In this document: one piece after another, positions 9,905-19,963 of the stretch | Numbering within the stretch: the first letter of the stretch is position 1 | How the letters are laid out: each line of letters starts with the position of its first letter | Source of the DNA: a virus | Lineage: Duplodnaviria; Caudoviricetes | Virus record (IMG/VR): IMGVR_UViG_3300030103_001665 | Location: 1 to 62,481 of that record | Reading direction: 5' to 3' (one strand) | DNA length: 62,481 nucleotides | Translations under genes and position numbers: made by a program | The notes under the pieces: generated by a model | Database searches by the model: none | What the model was told of the DNA's origin: nothing | What the model saw: only the letters and a program-made list of their open reading frames with translations

Positions 9905-12298
9905 CTAAATAACTGGTGCTTGTCCTGCTTGATTTTCAAAATCTATTGGTAATAAATCATTTTTTCTTTGATCTATCATTTGACTTTGCTGTGTGCCAGC
10001 TATCCTTGTTCTTTTATCTTTACGATCTTCTATTTCTTGTTCTTTCATTGTTTCACGCTGAGTTTTCATTTGCTCTAATTGCAATTGATAATTAAACTCT
10101 TCAGCCATTAATTGACGTTTAATCTCAGCTTCTGTTTGCATACGTTGTATTTCAAATTGAGACTTTGCTTGTTCAAAGTTTACTTTCTCCGAAGTTAAAG
10201 CTTGTTGTTTTTGAACCTCTGCTTCTGCTGCTTTTTCCGCTGCAGCTGCATTAGCCTGAGCCTGTTGTTGAGCCATTTCAGATTGCATCTGTCTTTCTCT
10301 TTGTAATTTACGTCTTCGCTTTTGCTTTAACATTTGATTAGCTAGTTTTAAATTACGTATTTGACGTAACTCAATAGCGTCTTCTAAATCTATACCACCA
10401 CTAGATAAAGCAACTTGTATGTTTTGTTCTAATTTAGCTTTTTCTTCTTCATCTGGTTCTAAATCTAAAAATATACCAAAGTCATGTAGATTTAATTTAT
10501 CTATTTGTCTTAATGTAGAAGTGTTAAATATGTTTAAACTATCTCTTAATGCATTAGCCGTTAAAGGATAATCTAACATATCTTTTATTTTTTTAGAAAT
10601 ATTTTCACACATTCTTAATGTTAAAAATAAACTAGCATTGTTTATATGTTTAGTAGCTATATTAGATGCTTGAGCTGCAAGTTTTTGTAATCCAACTAGT
10701 GTATTACTATCTTGTATACTTCCATCTCTTGCTTCGTTTAATCCCGTCACATCTCTTATCATTTGTAAATAATAATTATATGTAGATATTAAACTTTGTA
10801 TTTTCGCCTGACCAGATCCGCTACTTAATTCTTGTACTGGAACTTTACCTCTATTTAATTCACCATCTTGAGTAAGTGATCTACCTACAACAGAACCAGT
10901 TTGAAAATACATATTCAAAGCTTCCTGTGGATTATAATTAGTACCATTTCCAAGATCAACCTCTGCTAAACCATCCATATCTAGAAATACACCATCTGGA
11001 ACCATTCTAGCAATTACTTGTTGAAGTTTTAAATGAGTTATTTGAATCATATCCGCAAACCCAGTTATTCTGCTAACTGTAGAATCAATACGTCCTTTGT
11101 ACATTCTTGGAGCACAAATCGCGTAATTCATTTCTACTTTAGTTGTATCCGCAAAAGGTCTTGTCATGTTTTTACACATCTCCCATTTTAACAACATATC
11201 AGTTCCTAAAACCTTAACACCTTTGTATAAAACCTCTATAGTTCTACCAACTCTTTCAAAGTTTTCATTTTCAGGTGGATTAAATGTATCTGGTTTTTCA
11301 ATAGCTTTAACTAACCCTTGTTCTGTTTGTTTTATCTTAAAAACCTGATCCATATATGTTTTATATTCAAAATATAAAACTGGTATAGTATTTTGATCAT
11401 TTGGTCCATTACCATATCCATACATGTATGTTCTATTACCTTGGTACTCTTGGATTTTTTTTAATTCACTATCTGATAAGTTTGGAAACTGTTTAGCAAT
11501 TTCAGGTAAAGTAACCATTTTATATTCACCAACATAATATATATCTTCAAAATTTGGATCTTCTGTATAAGAATATACTAAATTAGCAGGATCAACATAA
11601 TCAATAGTTATACCATTTGAAGTATTAAAATTTGTTTTTACAGCTCCTATACCACAAGTAACTAGATCATAGTTTATTCTTCTTCTAATTAAATCCCATC
11701 TATTTACATCTAATACTTGATTGATAGCTTCTTCTTCTGCTATTTCTATACCCTGCTTATAAGATAATTGCATGTGTAATTCTAATTCTTCTGCATTTTC
11801 AGGCATTTTATCTTCTGGTACATCTGTATTAAATAGATTAGAACCTAGAGTACTAGTTATTCTTTTCATTACATCTCTAGCAAACATATCTTGCGCTAGC
11901 ATTTCTGCATAGTTAGTTCTTTTTTCTACTGATGCAGGATCTTGAGCAAAAGCATTAACATCATAATCTTTATTAGATATACCATTTGTTAATATATCTA
12001 CAAATTTAGAAATAATAGGAACTGGTTTCCAATCTAAATTTAAATAAGATAAATCACCATTAATAGATAATTCATCTTTATATTTTTGAGTAGGTTGTTC
12101 ACCTCTTGCATACAACCTTAATCTATTGTAGTTATTCCAAGTAGTTAAATACCTATTACCATTAGTTCTTCCCTGAGAAAACCACTCTTGCTCTATAGCT
12201 TGAGCCACCTGCTCGCCATATTCAAAGCTTGCTTTTTCCGCGTCGCTAACCACTTGGCTAGGGAAAATACTACTACCGTTAGTGTATATACTCTTCAT
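9905..12298 (-). CDS. Portal protein
   Basis: 797 aa directly after TerL; LDWKPVPIISKFVDI, IRDVTGLNEARDG and a long Q/E/A-rich C-terminal coiled coil as in P22-type portals. Confidence 0.85.
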   Translation of the reverse strand: MKSIYTNGSSIFPSQVVSDAEKASFEYGEQVAQAIEQEWFSQGRTNGNRYLTTWNNYNRLRLYARGEQPTQKYKDELSINGDLSYLNLDWKPVPIISKFVDILTNGISNKDYDVNAFAQDPASVEKRTNYAEMLAQDMFARDVMKRITSTLGSNLFNTDVPEDKMPENAEELELHMQLSYKQGIEIAEEEAINQVLDVNRWDLIRRRINYDLVTCGIGAVKTNFNTSNGITIDYVDPANLVYSYTEDPNFEDIYYVGEYKMVTLPEIAKQFPNLSDSELKKIQEYQGNRTYMYGYGNGPNDQNTIPVLYFEYKTYMDQVFKIKQTEQGLVKAIEKPDTFNPPENENFERVGRTIEVLYKGVKVLGTDMLLKWEMCKNMTRPFADTTKVEMNYAICAPRMYKGRIDSTVSRITGFADMIQITHLKLQQVIARMVPDGVFLDMDGLAEVDLGNGTNYNPQEALNMYFQTGSVVGRSLTQDGELNRGKVPVQELSSGSGQAKIQSLISTYNYYLQMIRDVTGLNEARDGSIQDSNTLVGLQKLAAQASNIATKHINNASLFLTLRMCENISKKIKDMLDYPLTANALRDSLNIFNTSTLRQIDKLNLHDFGIFLDLEPDEEEKAKLEQNIQVALSSGGIDLEDAIELRQIRNLKLANQMLKQKRRRKLQRERQMQSEMAQQQAQANAAAAEKAAEAEVQKQQALTSEKVNFEQAKSQFEIQRMQTEAEIKRQLMAEEFNYQLQLEQMKTQRETMKEQEIEDRKDKRTRIAGTQQSQMIDQRKNDLLPIDFENQAGQAPVI

Positions 12299-14512
12299 TT
12301 ATTTTATTATTTTTGATAAAGAACCTCTATTATCATATTTTTTAATTCCTAAATTGTAACTCTGTCTAACTATTTTTGGAATAGGTCTATATTTATTTTT
12401 ATTACAAGCCATTAAAGCAAGTCCTGAACTAATAGAAGCATCATGAGTGGTTCTATTATTTATATCAAATCTACTCCAATCATTTAATGTGCGTTGAAAA
12501 TAAGTATCACCATGTGTGTTATCTGATCTTAACCCTACATAGTTTTCAATATAACTTTCTATCGCAGAAGCATGAGCCTGTTTAATATCTTCACTTGAAT
12601 TAGGTATTCCACCTATTTCTCTTTCGGTTACTGATAATTTATTATATATTTTATCAGGTCTATTCATTGCAAAACCTCTGTAACCTCTACGTTTAAAATG
12701 ATATAATAATCTTGGTTTATTGTTTTCAGCAAGTAATGGCATTCCATAAAATATACACGCCATAAGAACATCTTCAAAAAAGATCTCTGCTGTTTGTGGT
12801 CTTGCTATATATTCTAAAAAGAAGTGATTAGGTGGAACATCTTCCATGCTAAATTTAGTTAAACCATGAAGAGATCCTTTAGAACCTCTTTTATCTACAG
12901 TACCAGATATATCATAAGGGTCACATCCAAATGCTCCAAGTGTTTCATTTCCAGGATATTTAACACCTAGTTTATTTATTACATTATTTTGTAATCTTTT
13001 AGGCGGAACCCATGAAATAAAAAATCTTCCATTTTTATTTGGATTAAAAACTACTTCAGTATCTTTTATTCCTCCTATCCATTGAAAACTTCCTTGTGTT
13101 ATAATTGCTGAGTTTTTAACATCTTCATTCCAATCTATTTGCTCATAGATTTTTGTTAAATTAAACAATGATGATTTTGCTTCATCTCTAAAAGCATGTT
13201 CAGTTGTTCTTGGAAATTGTCTATAAAATTCATTTAAAGCATCTTGATCTTGTTTTAAACCATCAACTTCATTTTGCCAATAATCAACTACGCCTAATGT
13301 TATAGGAACTCCTTGTGGTCCTTTAATTAAATCTTTCGGTGTTTCAAATACAGGTATTCCATAAGAATCAATGTATCCTTCGTAGTTCCACTCCATAGGT
13401 ATGAACAAACTATATAATCCCGAACGAGTCTGTCCGTTGCGGTTTCTTTGTGTGACGTCTGAATCATTATATAATTTTTTAAAATTACTACCACCTTTAT
13501 CTAAAGCGTTTGATGTTGAACCCATCATACATTTACCGATAATTCTACTACCTAATCGTAAACAAGTTTTAGTAACTCTCCAGTTGTTTAATATATTGTT
13601 AGGTCTTTCCCATTTACCACTCTCATCGTGTACTAATAATTTTAATTTTTCACCATCATAACTATTATCACCTGTATTTTTCCAATCAATAGTAGTATCT
13701 AATCCTTGTAATTCTGGAAGTGTTTCATTTTGTGTAAGTTTACGTCTAGTAAATTTACTTGCTGGAACTCTATAAGCTAATTCTGTTTTAGGTCGATCCA
13801 TACCATCTTGAATCGGTTTAAAAAAGAAAGGATAATTAACTGATATAGGTACAACTTTATCAGTAAACATTGTTTTTGCATCAGGTCCTGATTTTGATAA
13901 TATACCGTATCTACTATCAGAAGATATTGTTGCTTGATTAACTGTTTCACCTGAAGCCATAAATGAAAAACCTGAACGTCTATTCTTAAGATAACACATT
14001 CCATAACATCTATCATCAGCTTTACAAGCTTCCCAGAATATAAAAAATAATCTGTTTGCTTGTCTAAAATCTGGTTTACCTACATCAATTTTACTCCATT
14101 GTAAATACATGTAATGGGTTCCAGTTATATAAGTTTTTACATCATTATTATAAAACCAAAATCCTTCATCTCTACGAATAAATTCTTTATCAATATAATC
14201 GTACCAAGTTTCTTTAAAATCTAAAGGATAATCTTCCCAATCAAAAATAGTTTTAATTCTTTTTAATTCTTTAGGTAGAGGTTGATACTCAAATTTATTA
14301 TCTTTAAATTTAATTATTTCTTTTTCTTTAGGTAAAGCTATTTTAAGGTTTTGTATTTCGTATATTTCACCTATTTCACCTGTTTTAGATATAACTATTA
14401 CATCATGTTCTACGTTATATCCATAATCCCATTTTTTATACCTATTATTTTTTTTAATAATTTTAGGTTTAATATGGTTATCTAATATTTTATATAAGGT
14501 TTGTTGATACAT
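12299..14512 (-). CDS. terL: Terminase large subunit
   Basis: KNRRSGFS Walker A variant, LLVHDESGK Walker B, MMGST coupling motif, FGCDPYD nuclease motif and C-terminal HDASISSG. Confidence 0.9.
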   Translation of the reverse strand: MYQQTLYKILDNHIKPKIIKKNNRYKKWDYGYNVEHDVIVISKTGEIGEIYEIQNLKIALPKEKEIIKFKDNKFEYQPLPKELKRIKTIFDWEDYPLDFKETWYDYIDKEFIRRDEGFWFYNNDVKTYITGTHYMYLQWSKIDVGKPDFRQANRLFFIFWEACKADDRCYGMCYLKNRRSGFSFMASGETVNQATISSDSRYGILSKSGPDAKTMFTDKVVPISVNYPFFFKPIQDGMDRPKTELAYRVPASKFTRRKLTQNETLPELQGLDTTIDWKNTGDNSYDGEKLKLLVHDESGKWERPNNILNNWRVTKTCLRLGSRIIGKCMMGSTSNALDKGGSNFKKLYNDSDVTQRNRNGQTRSGLYSLFIPMEWNYEGYIDSYGIPVFETPKDLIKGPQGVPITLGVVDYWQNEVDGLKQDQDALNEFYRQFPRTTEHAFRDEAKSSLFNLTKIYEQIDWNEDVKNSAIITQGSFQWIGGIKDTEVVFNPNKNGRFFISWVPPKRLQNNVINKLGVKYPGNETLGAFGCDPYDISGTVDKRGSKGSLHGLTKFSMEDVPPNHFFLEYIARPQTAEIFFEDVLMACIFYGMPLLAENNKPRLLYHFKRRGYRGFAMNRPDKIYNKLSVTEREIGGIPNSSEDIKQAHASAIESYIENYVGLRSDNTHGDTYFQRTLNDWSRFDINNRTTHDASISSGLALMACNKNKYRPIPKIVRQSYNLGIKKYDNRGSLSKIIK

Positions 14513-14790
14513 TACTTAGATCTTCCTTCAGCAAAACCTTTAAATTCTTTAGGTTTTTTAGTTTCTTGTTCAACTTTACCTTCTATGATATTTTCTTCTT
14601 CATTTATTTTTGATAAAATTTCAAAAGCATCAAATATAGCTAGTTTTTTTGTAGCTGCAGCATTTTTTAATCTGTCTGCGGAAATATCTGGTCCAAAATC
14701 TATAATCGGTTCTTTAGCAACTTTAATCAGTTCTTCAACTGCCACATGCCCAGCTTGGATTATATTCTTTTTTATTTTCTTTATCTCCAT
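14512..14790 (-). CDS. Helical protein coupled to terL; possible terminase small subunit
   Basis: 92 aa, overlaps the terL start; assignment by position only. Confidence 0.45.
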   Translation of the reverse strand: MEIKKIKKNIIQAGHVAVEELIKVAKEPIIDFGPDISADRLKNAAATKKLAIFDAFEILSKINEEENIIEGKVEQETKKPKEFKGFAEGRSK

Positions 14791-15340
14791 ACTTAATTAC
14801 AATATCATTTGATTTCATACAATAAAGGCGTTCTTCATCTATAAAAAACTCCCATTCAGCACCTGGTTTAAAACCTACCATATCACCTGGGTTAATTTTA
14901 GATGCTTCTAATGAATTATTACCAATTTTTAACAACCCAATATAAGGATCTTCTTTTCTATTCTTTAAAGAATCAGAATTTTTTAATGGTTTTATAAAAC
15001 ATCTTTCACCAAAAGATTTCCATGTATCTTTATTTTTGTATAAATATATTTGATCCATACTTGCAAAATACATATTATCTTTAAAATAAGATCTACTATT
15101 TTTTTGTACACCTTTCATATCATAGAATCTTCTAAATATGTTTTGATGAACAATAATAATATCTCCTTTTTTAATAGGTGTAGAAAAAGCAATTGGTGTT
15201 TCAATTACTTTTGCCAACCTATTTACAAATTTCCAAGATTCAACTTTTGTATTTAAAATTAAATCTTTTTTACCTACTTTTTTACTATTAGCATACCTAT
15301 CACCTATAGGTTCTATAATAAAATCATATAAACTTTTCAT
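14735..15340 (-). CDS. GroES-like co-chaperonin (two tandem GroES-like halves)
   Basis: Two repeats of an [I/C]FI.P...[K/P]GD..I/V...Y pattern resembling GroES. Confidence 0.5.
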   Translation of the reverse strand: MKSLYDFIIEPIGDRYANSKKVGKKDLILNTKVESWKFVNRLAKVIETPIAFSTPIKKGDIIIVHQNIFRRFYDMKGVQKNSRSYFKDNMYFASMDQIYLYKNKDTWKSFGERCFIKPLKNSDSLKNRKEDPYIGLLKIGNNSLEASKINPGDMVGFKPGAEWEFFIDEERLYCMKSNDIVIKYGDKENKKEYNPSWACGS

Positions 15341-15567
15341 TAATACTGTAAATCGTATTCAATAGAAATAGCCATTTGTGAGTTAAATTTTTTCCAAGGT
15401 AATATTTCGCCACTTTTCTTTATATGAATATTATATGAATTATCTTTCTCTTCAAATAAAATGTGAGAAATTATATGATTACCATATACTTCTTGACCCA
15501 CTGAATAATGCATGGCATTATTTTTATAATCAGCACCAATGCTAATTTTACGTATTACACTACTCAT
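15340..15567 (-). CDS. Hypothetical protein
   Basis: 75-aa ORF coupled to both neighbours. Confidence 0.7.
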   Translation of the reverse strand: MSSVIRKISIGADYKNNAMHYSVGQEVYGNHIISHILFEEKDNSYNIHIKKSGEILPWKKFNSQMAISIEYDLQY

Positions 15568-15820
15568 TTTCTTCTTCTTCTTCTGCTACAACATTTGTGT
15601 AAGAACCGTCTTCTAAATTTATATTTATTGAACCGTAATTATTTTCTAATTCTTTTTTGAATTCTTCTTGATCTTGATTAACACCAGCTAACTCATGTAA
15701 AAAACCGTGTTTTTGAGATTCTACTAATCCAATATTAAATACTATATTGTTTAATTTTGTTTGAAAATCTTTTACTGTTTCAAATTCTTTTTCTGTTATT
15801 TTTTTAATTTCTTCACTCAT
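15560..15820 (-). CDS. Hypothetical coiled-coil protein
   Basis: 86 aa with YGSININLEDGSY motif; in operon. Confidence 0.7.
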   Translation of the reverse strand: MSEEIKKITEKEFETVKDFQTKLNNIVFNIGLVESQKHGFLHELAGVNQDQEEFKKELENNYGSININLEDGSYTNVVAEEEEENE

Positions 15821-15830
15821 TTTATTTAAT

Positions 15831-16190
15831 TTAATTTGTTAATATCCAATGTCTTTTATACACTGTAATATGGTTTGCATCTCCTTCAAACTGGCAATGT
15901 AATTTTCCATCTACAAAACTATACTTTATAAATACTTCGTAATTTTTTTCTTTATTTATTAGTTTTGTTTTAATATAATTTTCACCTTCTTCAATTACTA
16001 TTTCTGGTAAAGATTTATTTTCAGCAAAAGAAAAATTAATAAATTCATAACCTTTTTTTTCATCATGTAATATAACTACATAATAACTTGTTTTGCCACT
16101 TGACCAGGTTCCTCTTAATTTGTCACCTAATTCTGTACTGTTTATAGCAATGCTAAATAGCATAACTATACATAATAATAATTTTTTCAT
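15831..16190 (-). CDS. Secreted protein (signal peptide; possibly lipocalin-like)
   Basis: MKKLLLCIVMLFSIAINS signal peptide followed by LRGTW. Confidence 0.6.
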   Translation of the reverse strand: MKKLLLCIVMLFSIAINSTELGDKLRGTWSSGKTSYYVVILHDEKKGYEFINFSFAENKSLPEIVIEEGENYIKTKLINKEKNYEVFIKYSFVDGKLHCQFEGDANHITVYKRHWILTN

Positions 16191-16227
16191 TTAATTTTAA
16201 TTAATTTAATTTAATACTTCTATAGAT

Positions 16228-16255
16228 ATAATCACTTGTTTTTATCTATATTTAC
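16228..16255 (-). promoter_or_regulatory. Putative late promoter (class B)
   Basis: GTAA-ATATAGATAAA-AAC-AAGTGATTAT; same spacing as four other copies; heads the terminase-portal-capsid operon. Confidence 0.65.
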
Positions 16256-16707
16256 CCTTTGAATATGCTTGTAACCTTTTCACTACTTCGACCACCGAAA
16301 TAAGCTAGAACAACAGCCATCATAACTTTTTCAAAAGTATCGTTCCATAATTCATTTATATGAAAAGGTATTGTTTCTACACTATCTAGTATACCCGCAA
16401 AAGAAAATACAACAATACACCATACTAAAACTAATGGACGTACATTTTTTGACATCCAAGAATCAGACATAGAATCTGCTTCCCACCTTGATGTTATAGC
16501 TTCTATTTCTTTATTCTGTTGTTCGTATATTATTTGTTGTAATTTTATCTTATCATCTGCAGGAGCATCTGATTTTATTATTTCAGTTATAGCTTCTTTA
16601 GGAGAAGTTACTCCTTGTAATACATTACCTAATGTAGGATTTATTACAGTTGCTGCGCCAAGCAATAATTGCCCAACGGTCGTATCTTTAAATGCTTTTT
16701 TTGACAT
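16252..16707 (-). CDS. Holin (3TM/GTA-holin-like)
   Basis: RWEADSMSDSWMSKNVRP, hydrophobic segments and AYFGGRSSEK motif. Confidence 0.7.
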   Translation of the reverse strand: MSKKAFKDTTVGQLLLGAATVINPTLGNVLQGVTSPKEAITEIIKSDAPADDKIKLQQIIYEQQNKEIEAITSRWEADSMSDSWMSKNVRPLVLVWCIVVFSFAGILDSVETIPFHINELWNDTFEKVMMAVVLAYFGGRSSEKVTSIFKG

Positions 16708-17993
16708 TAACTATTTTTATTAGTTGCACACCCAGCTTTACATCTACCTTTGTTAGTAAATACTACACCATCAATGACTGCTCTAATTCCACCCATTAAA
16801 TCAATATCAGGTATATGAAATCTAAAACTACCACCTGATGATTTACTACTTCCAGGAACTCCTAAATCTAAAGATGGAGGTGGTATTACATCTGGCTCTT
16901 CTACTGGTGTTGGTTCCGGTGGAAATACTTCTTCTGATACATTAACTATCTCTACAGCGTCAGTTTTTGGTGGACAATATCTATGTCCTTCTGGTTTTCC
17001 TGGTGAAGGACATGGAGCGTTAACAAACTCTTCCCATTCTTGATCAGGTTTAGCAGGATTATAAAAATCCTTACCTTCTCCCTCAATTCGTCTTCTACCA
17101 CCACCACCTGGTTCTTCTATAATTTCAGTTCCAGTTCCTGGTGTTACTATTCTTGTTATAATTTTATATCCTCCATCATCTAATTCTACTCTTTCTGTGG
17201 TAGTTACATTATCCTCAGGTCTATATACATAATCATAACCCTCTTGTTCATTGTTAGATCTTTCATCTGTACCATGATTTGATTGAAGAGGACTATTTTT
17301 CATCATGTTTAAAGCTGATCTTTCATCATCTTCAACTATAGTGTAACCTCTTGGAACAGCGTTATATCCTTCTCCTTTGTAATCTCCCATTACATAATTT
17401 TTATTAGGATTTCCAGCTACAAATTTTCCATCAACAATACTAACTACTCCTCCACCTTCTACCATCATTTCATATATTTGATCTCCAGTCATTTGCTCGG
17501 CAGGTATATTTTTATAAGCTTCTTTTTCTGAATCCCACTCTCCTTGTCTAACATTGTATTGACGTGTGCCAGATACACCTTTATTTTTTCTACCTCTATC
17601 AACTACAACCCTTCCATGTTGGTCTCTAAAAATATCTACACCTGTTAATCTACCAAAAAATCCTCTTTGTTTTTTAGATCTTTTAAAGTTTTTAATTTTA
17701 TCATAATCATCTGCTTTAAAATTACCACCAGCAATAGCTCCTTGATTATAATAATCTGCTAATTGATTAGCATACTCCATAGCTATTTCTTTTTCTGATC
17801 TTCCACCTCTAATTTTTTTATCGCCTCTTTGTCCAAACGTACTTTGTCCTTTTATTTCTCTAAACTGTCTTTGACCAGTAACATTTCTACCGTCATGCTG
17901 ATGTTCCCAGGGATTACCCGATCTATCTGTTACCCTGTGTTTTAAAGGACTTGTAATTTTGCCAAATGGATTGTTGTGTTGTTTATACCCCAT
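16707..17993 (-). CDS. Hypothetical modular protein with SP-motifs (candidate internal virion protein)
   Basis: 428 aa; MGYKQHNNPF start, SPLK and SPLQ motifs, Pro/Glu-rich C-terminal region. Confidence 0.65.
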   Translation of the reverse strand: MGYKQHNNPFGKITSPLKHRVTDRSGNPWEHQHDGRNVTGQRQFREIKGQSTFGQRGDKKIRGGRSEKEIAMEYANQLADYYNQGAIAGGNFKADDYDKIKNFKRSKKQRGFFGRLTGVDIFRDQHGRVVVDRGRKNKGVSGTRQYNVRQGEWDSEKEAYKNIPAEQMTGDQIYEMMVEGGGVVSIVDGKFVAGNPNKNYVMGDYKGEGYNAVPRGYTIVEDDERSALNMMKNSPLQSNHGTDERSNNEQEGYDYVYRPEDNVTTTERVELDDGGYKIITRIVTPGTGTEIIEEPGGGGRRRIEGEGKDFYNPAKPDQEWEEFVNAPCPSPGKPEGHRYCPPKTDAVEIVNVSEEVFPPEPTPVEEPDVIPPPSLDLGVPGSSKSSGGSFRFHIPDIDLMGGIRAVIDGVVFTNKGRCKAGCATNKNS

Positions 17994-17995
17994 AA

Positions 17996-18340
17996 TTAAT
18001 ATTTTTCAAATGGATCTGTTTTTGAATATGCTTCGGCTTCCCATGGTAAGTTTTGAGCGCCTTCTTTCATATCATCTCGTGAATATTTTTTACCTTTCCA
18101 ATAAACAAAATCTTCATCGTAATCTAAATCACCTCTTTGCATTTGATCTATGTGAACTTTTTCGTGTTCTATTACACTTTCTCTTTCTTCTGGATCGTTT
18201 ATTTTATTTGATACTAATATAGTACCATTTTTATTTGCTTTCCCTAAAACACCTTCTTCTAAATCAACATTATGTATAGGTGTATTATCTTCCATAAATG
18301 GAGCATTGATTTTAAAACCTTTACTTAATCTAAAAAACAT
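17996..18340 (-). CDS. Zincin-like metalloprotease
   Basis: VIEHEKVHIDQ (HExxH) with downstream PWEAEAY providing a candidate third ligand. Confidence 0.75.
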   Translation of the reverse strand: MFFRLSKGFKINAPFMEDNTPIHNVDLEEGVLGKANKNGTILVSNKINDPEERESVIEHEKVHIDQMQRGDLDYDEDFVYWKGKKYSRDDMKEGAQNLPWEAEAYSKTDPFEKY

Positions 18341-18344
18341 ATTA

Positions 18345-18497
18345 TTATTTATAAGGAAATTTTTTATTTAAATAGTTTTGTCTTTCTTGACAACCACAGG
18401 GTTTATTAAGGCTGCTGGCAATATTCTGCACAACAGCCTTAATACCTGTTTTGTTAGTGAACTTTGCGATTGAATCGCCTAATCCTCTAGACTTCAT
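18345..18497 (-). CDS. Small conserved phage protein (50 aa, CGC motif)
   Basis: Not in track; MKSRGLGDSIAKFTNKTGIKAVVQNIASSLNKPCGCQERQNYLNKKFPYK fills the gap exactly. Confidence 0.75.
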   Translation of the reverse strand: MKSRGLGDSIAKFTNKTGIKAVVQNIASSLNKPCGCQERQNYLNKKFPYK

Positions 18498-18499
18498 AC

Positions 18500-18901
18500 T
18501 TAAGCAACTTTAAATGATTTAAAGTAAACTCTTTTAGTAGGATCGTAAGCAGCGTTAACATCTGTTACGTCTTGTGGTAAAGTAACACTAGATTTTACGC
18601 CACCAGGATTAGCTGTAATAGCTCTATTAATAGCTTTTTTAACTTTATTAATATATCCTGTTGATGTTGGTTTAGCACTTGCAGCTCCAGGATCTGTAGC
18701 TTCTGCATCTACAGAAAAAAGAACTGTTACTGTTTTAGTAGCAGTAGTTAAAGTTGCAGACATTGCGTCTCCTGCTCCATTAGCCGCTACAGCTACAGTA
18801 AGAATAGAATCAGCTAATAATAAGTTGTCTCCATCTTCTGCTGGTACAGCACCTGAGTTGTCTTGTCCACCTGTTACGTGAAAATTAATCCATTTTGCCA
18901 T
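18500..18901 (-). CDS. Hypothetical protein, possible capsid decoration protein
   Basis: 133 aa, Ala/Thr-rich, long A/C-rich leader suggesting high expression. Confidence 0.6.
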   Translation of the reverse strand: MAKWINFHVTGGQDNSGAVPAEDGDNLLLADSILTVAVAANGAGDAMSATLTTATKTVTVLFSVDAEATDPGAASAKPTSTGYINKVKKAINRAITANPGGVKSSVTLPQDVTDVNAAYDPTKRVYFKSFKVA

Positions 18902-18967
18902 GATTTTTGTTTTTAATTGTTTTTGTTTTTGTTTTTGTTTTTGGTTTTATACAGTTCCATGACTGTT

Positions 18968-19384
18968 TTATTGTCCACCGAAAAGGGTGTGAATTTTAGT
19001 AGGTATATAACCTAACGAAACTGATGGATTAGAATTTACTTTTGAACCTTTTAACTTTTCCTCTCCTTTAGGAGCTCCATTTTTAGTATTGTCTTCTTTC
19101 TCTTCAGCTTCCTTTTTCTCTTTTTTCTTATCTTTATTTTCTTTAATAGCTTTACCTATATTAATTAAACCTTGAGTAAATTCTTTACCACCACTATTAA
19201 TAGAAGCATAGTTAGTTTTACTACTTAAACTGTAATCACCTGGATTAGCACTAACAGTAGGTACAGATATGAAATTTGTAGGCATACTGCTTTTATAACT
19301 AAATGGTGATCTATTATTAAACCCTATATTAAAAGAATTTTTATTACCTAAAAAGTTTGTTCTAAATTTTCCTATTGTTTCCAT
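18968..19384 (-). CDS. Hypothetical low-complexity protein
   Basis: 138 aa, K/E-rich patch, SPF motif. Confidence 0.6.
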   Translation of the reverse strand: METIGKFRTNFLGNKNSFNIGFNNRSPFSYKSSMPTNFISVPTVSANPGDYSLSSKTNYASINSGGKEFTQGLINIGKAIKENKDKKKEKKEAEEKEDNTKNGAPKGEEKLKGSKVNSNPSVSLGYIPTKIHTLFGGQ

Positions 19385-19385
19385 A

Positions 19386-19961
19386 TTATCCCGCGTGGTA
19401 ACCTCTTAAAGCAGCTTTTGCCTTTGATTCACTACCATATTTAGCTGGCCAAGGTTTATCTGTTTTGTTACTAATAACTCTCCATGCTCCACCCATTTGT
19501 TTAACACATCCGCTTCCACCTTCAGACTTTGCACATGCATTCATTGGTGAATCAGATCTTTCATCAATCATTTCATCAATCATTTGATTTCTTATTTCAC
19601 CTGATCTTTCGTCGTTTACTTTCACTTTTGGCTTAGGTCTTATGTGTCTAGTCATATTACCACGAGGTTGTGATCTTTCATCATCTACTTGAGCTTTTAA
19701 TTCATAATAAATATCTTGCTCATCTCCTTCATTTTTTCTAGCTATTTGCTTTGCTTCTCTTCTAATATGTCTATCATTATGTCTATGCATTGGCGAACAG
19801 TGCGAATTAGCTGGAGAATCATGATCATGTCTAACATTTTCTAAATAATGTAATCTTGCAGAATCTGACAAGTCTTTATTATATGCTTCTTTTGCATCAT
19901 ATCTCTCGTCTGCTCTTTTAGAAAAACGAGGGTGATTACCACTATATCTTTTATGTCCCAT
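19386..19961 (-). CDS. Hypothetical basic modular protein with SP-motifs
   Basis: 191 aa; SPAN, SPMH, SPMN and repeated DERS. Confidence 0.65.
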   Translation of the reverse strand: MGHKRYSGNHPRFSKRADERYDAKEAYNKDLSDSARLHYLENVRHDHDSPANSHCSPMHRHNDRHIRREAKQIARKNEGDEQDIYYELKAQVDDERSQPRGNMTRHIRPKPKVKVNDERSGEIRNQMIDEMIDERSDSPMNACAKSEGGSGCVKQMGGAWRVISNKTDKPWPAKYGSESKAKAALRGYHAG

Positions 19962-19963
19962 AA

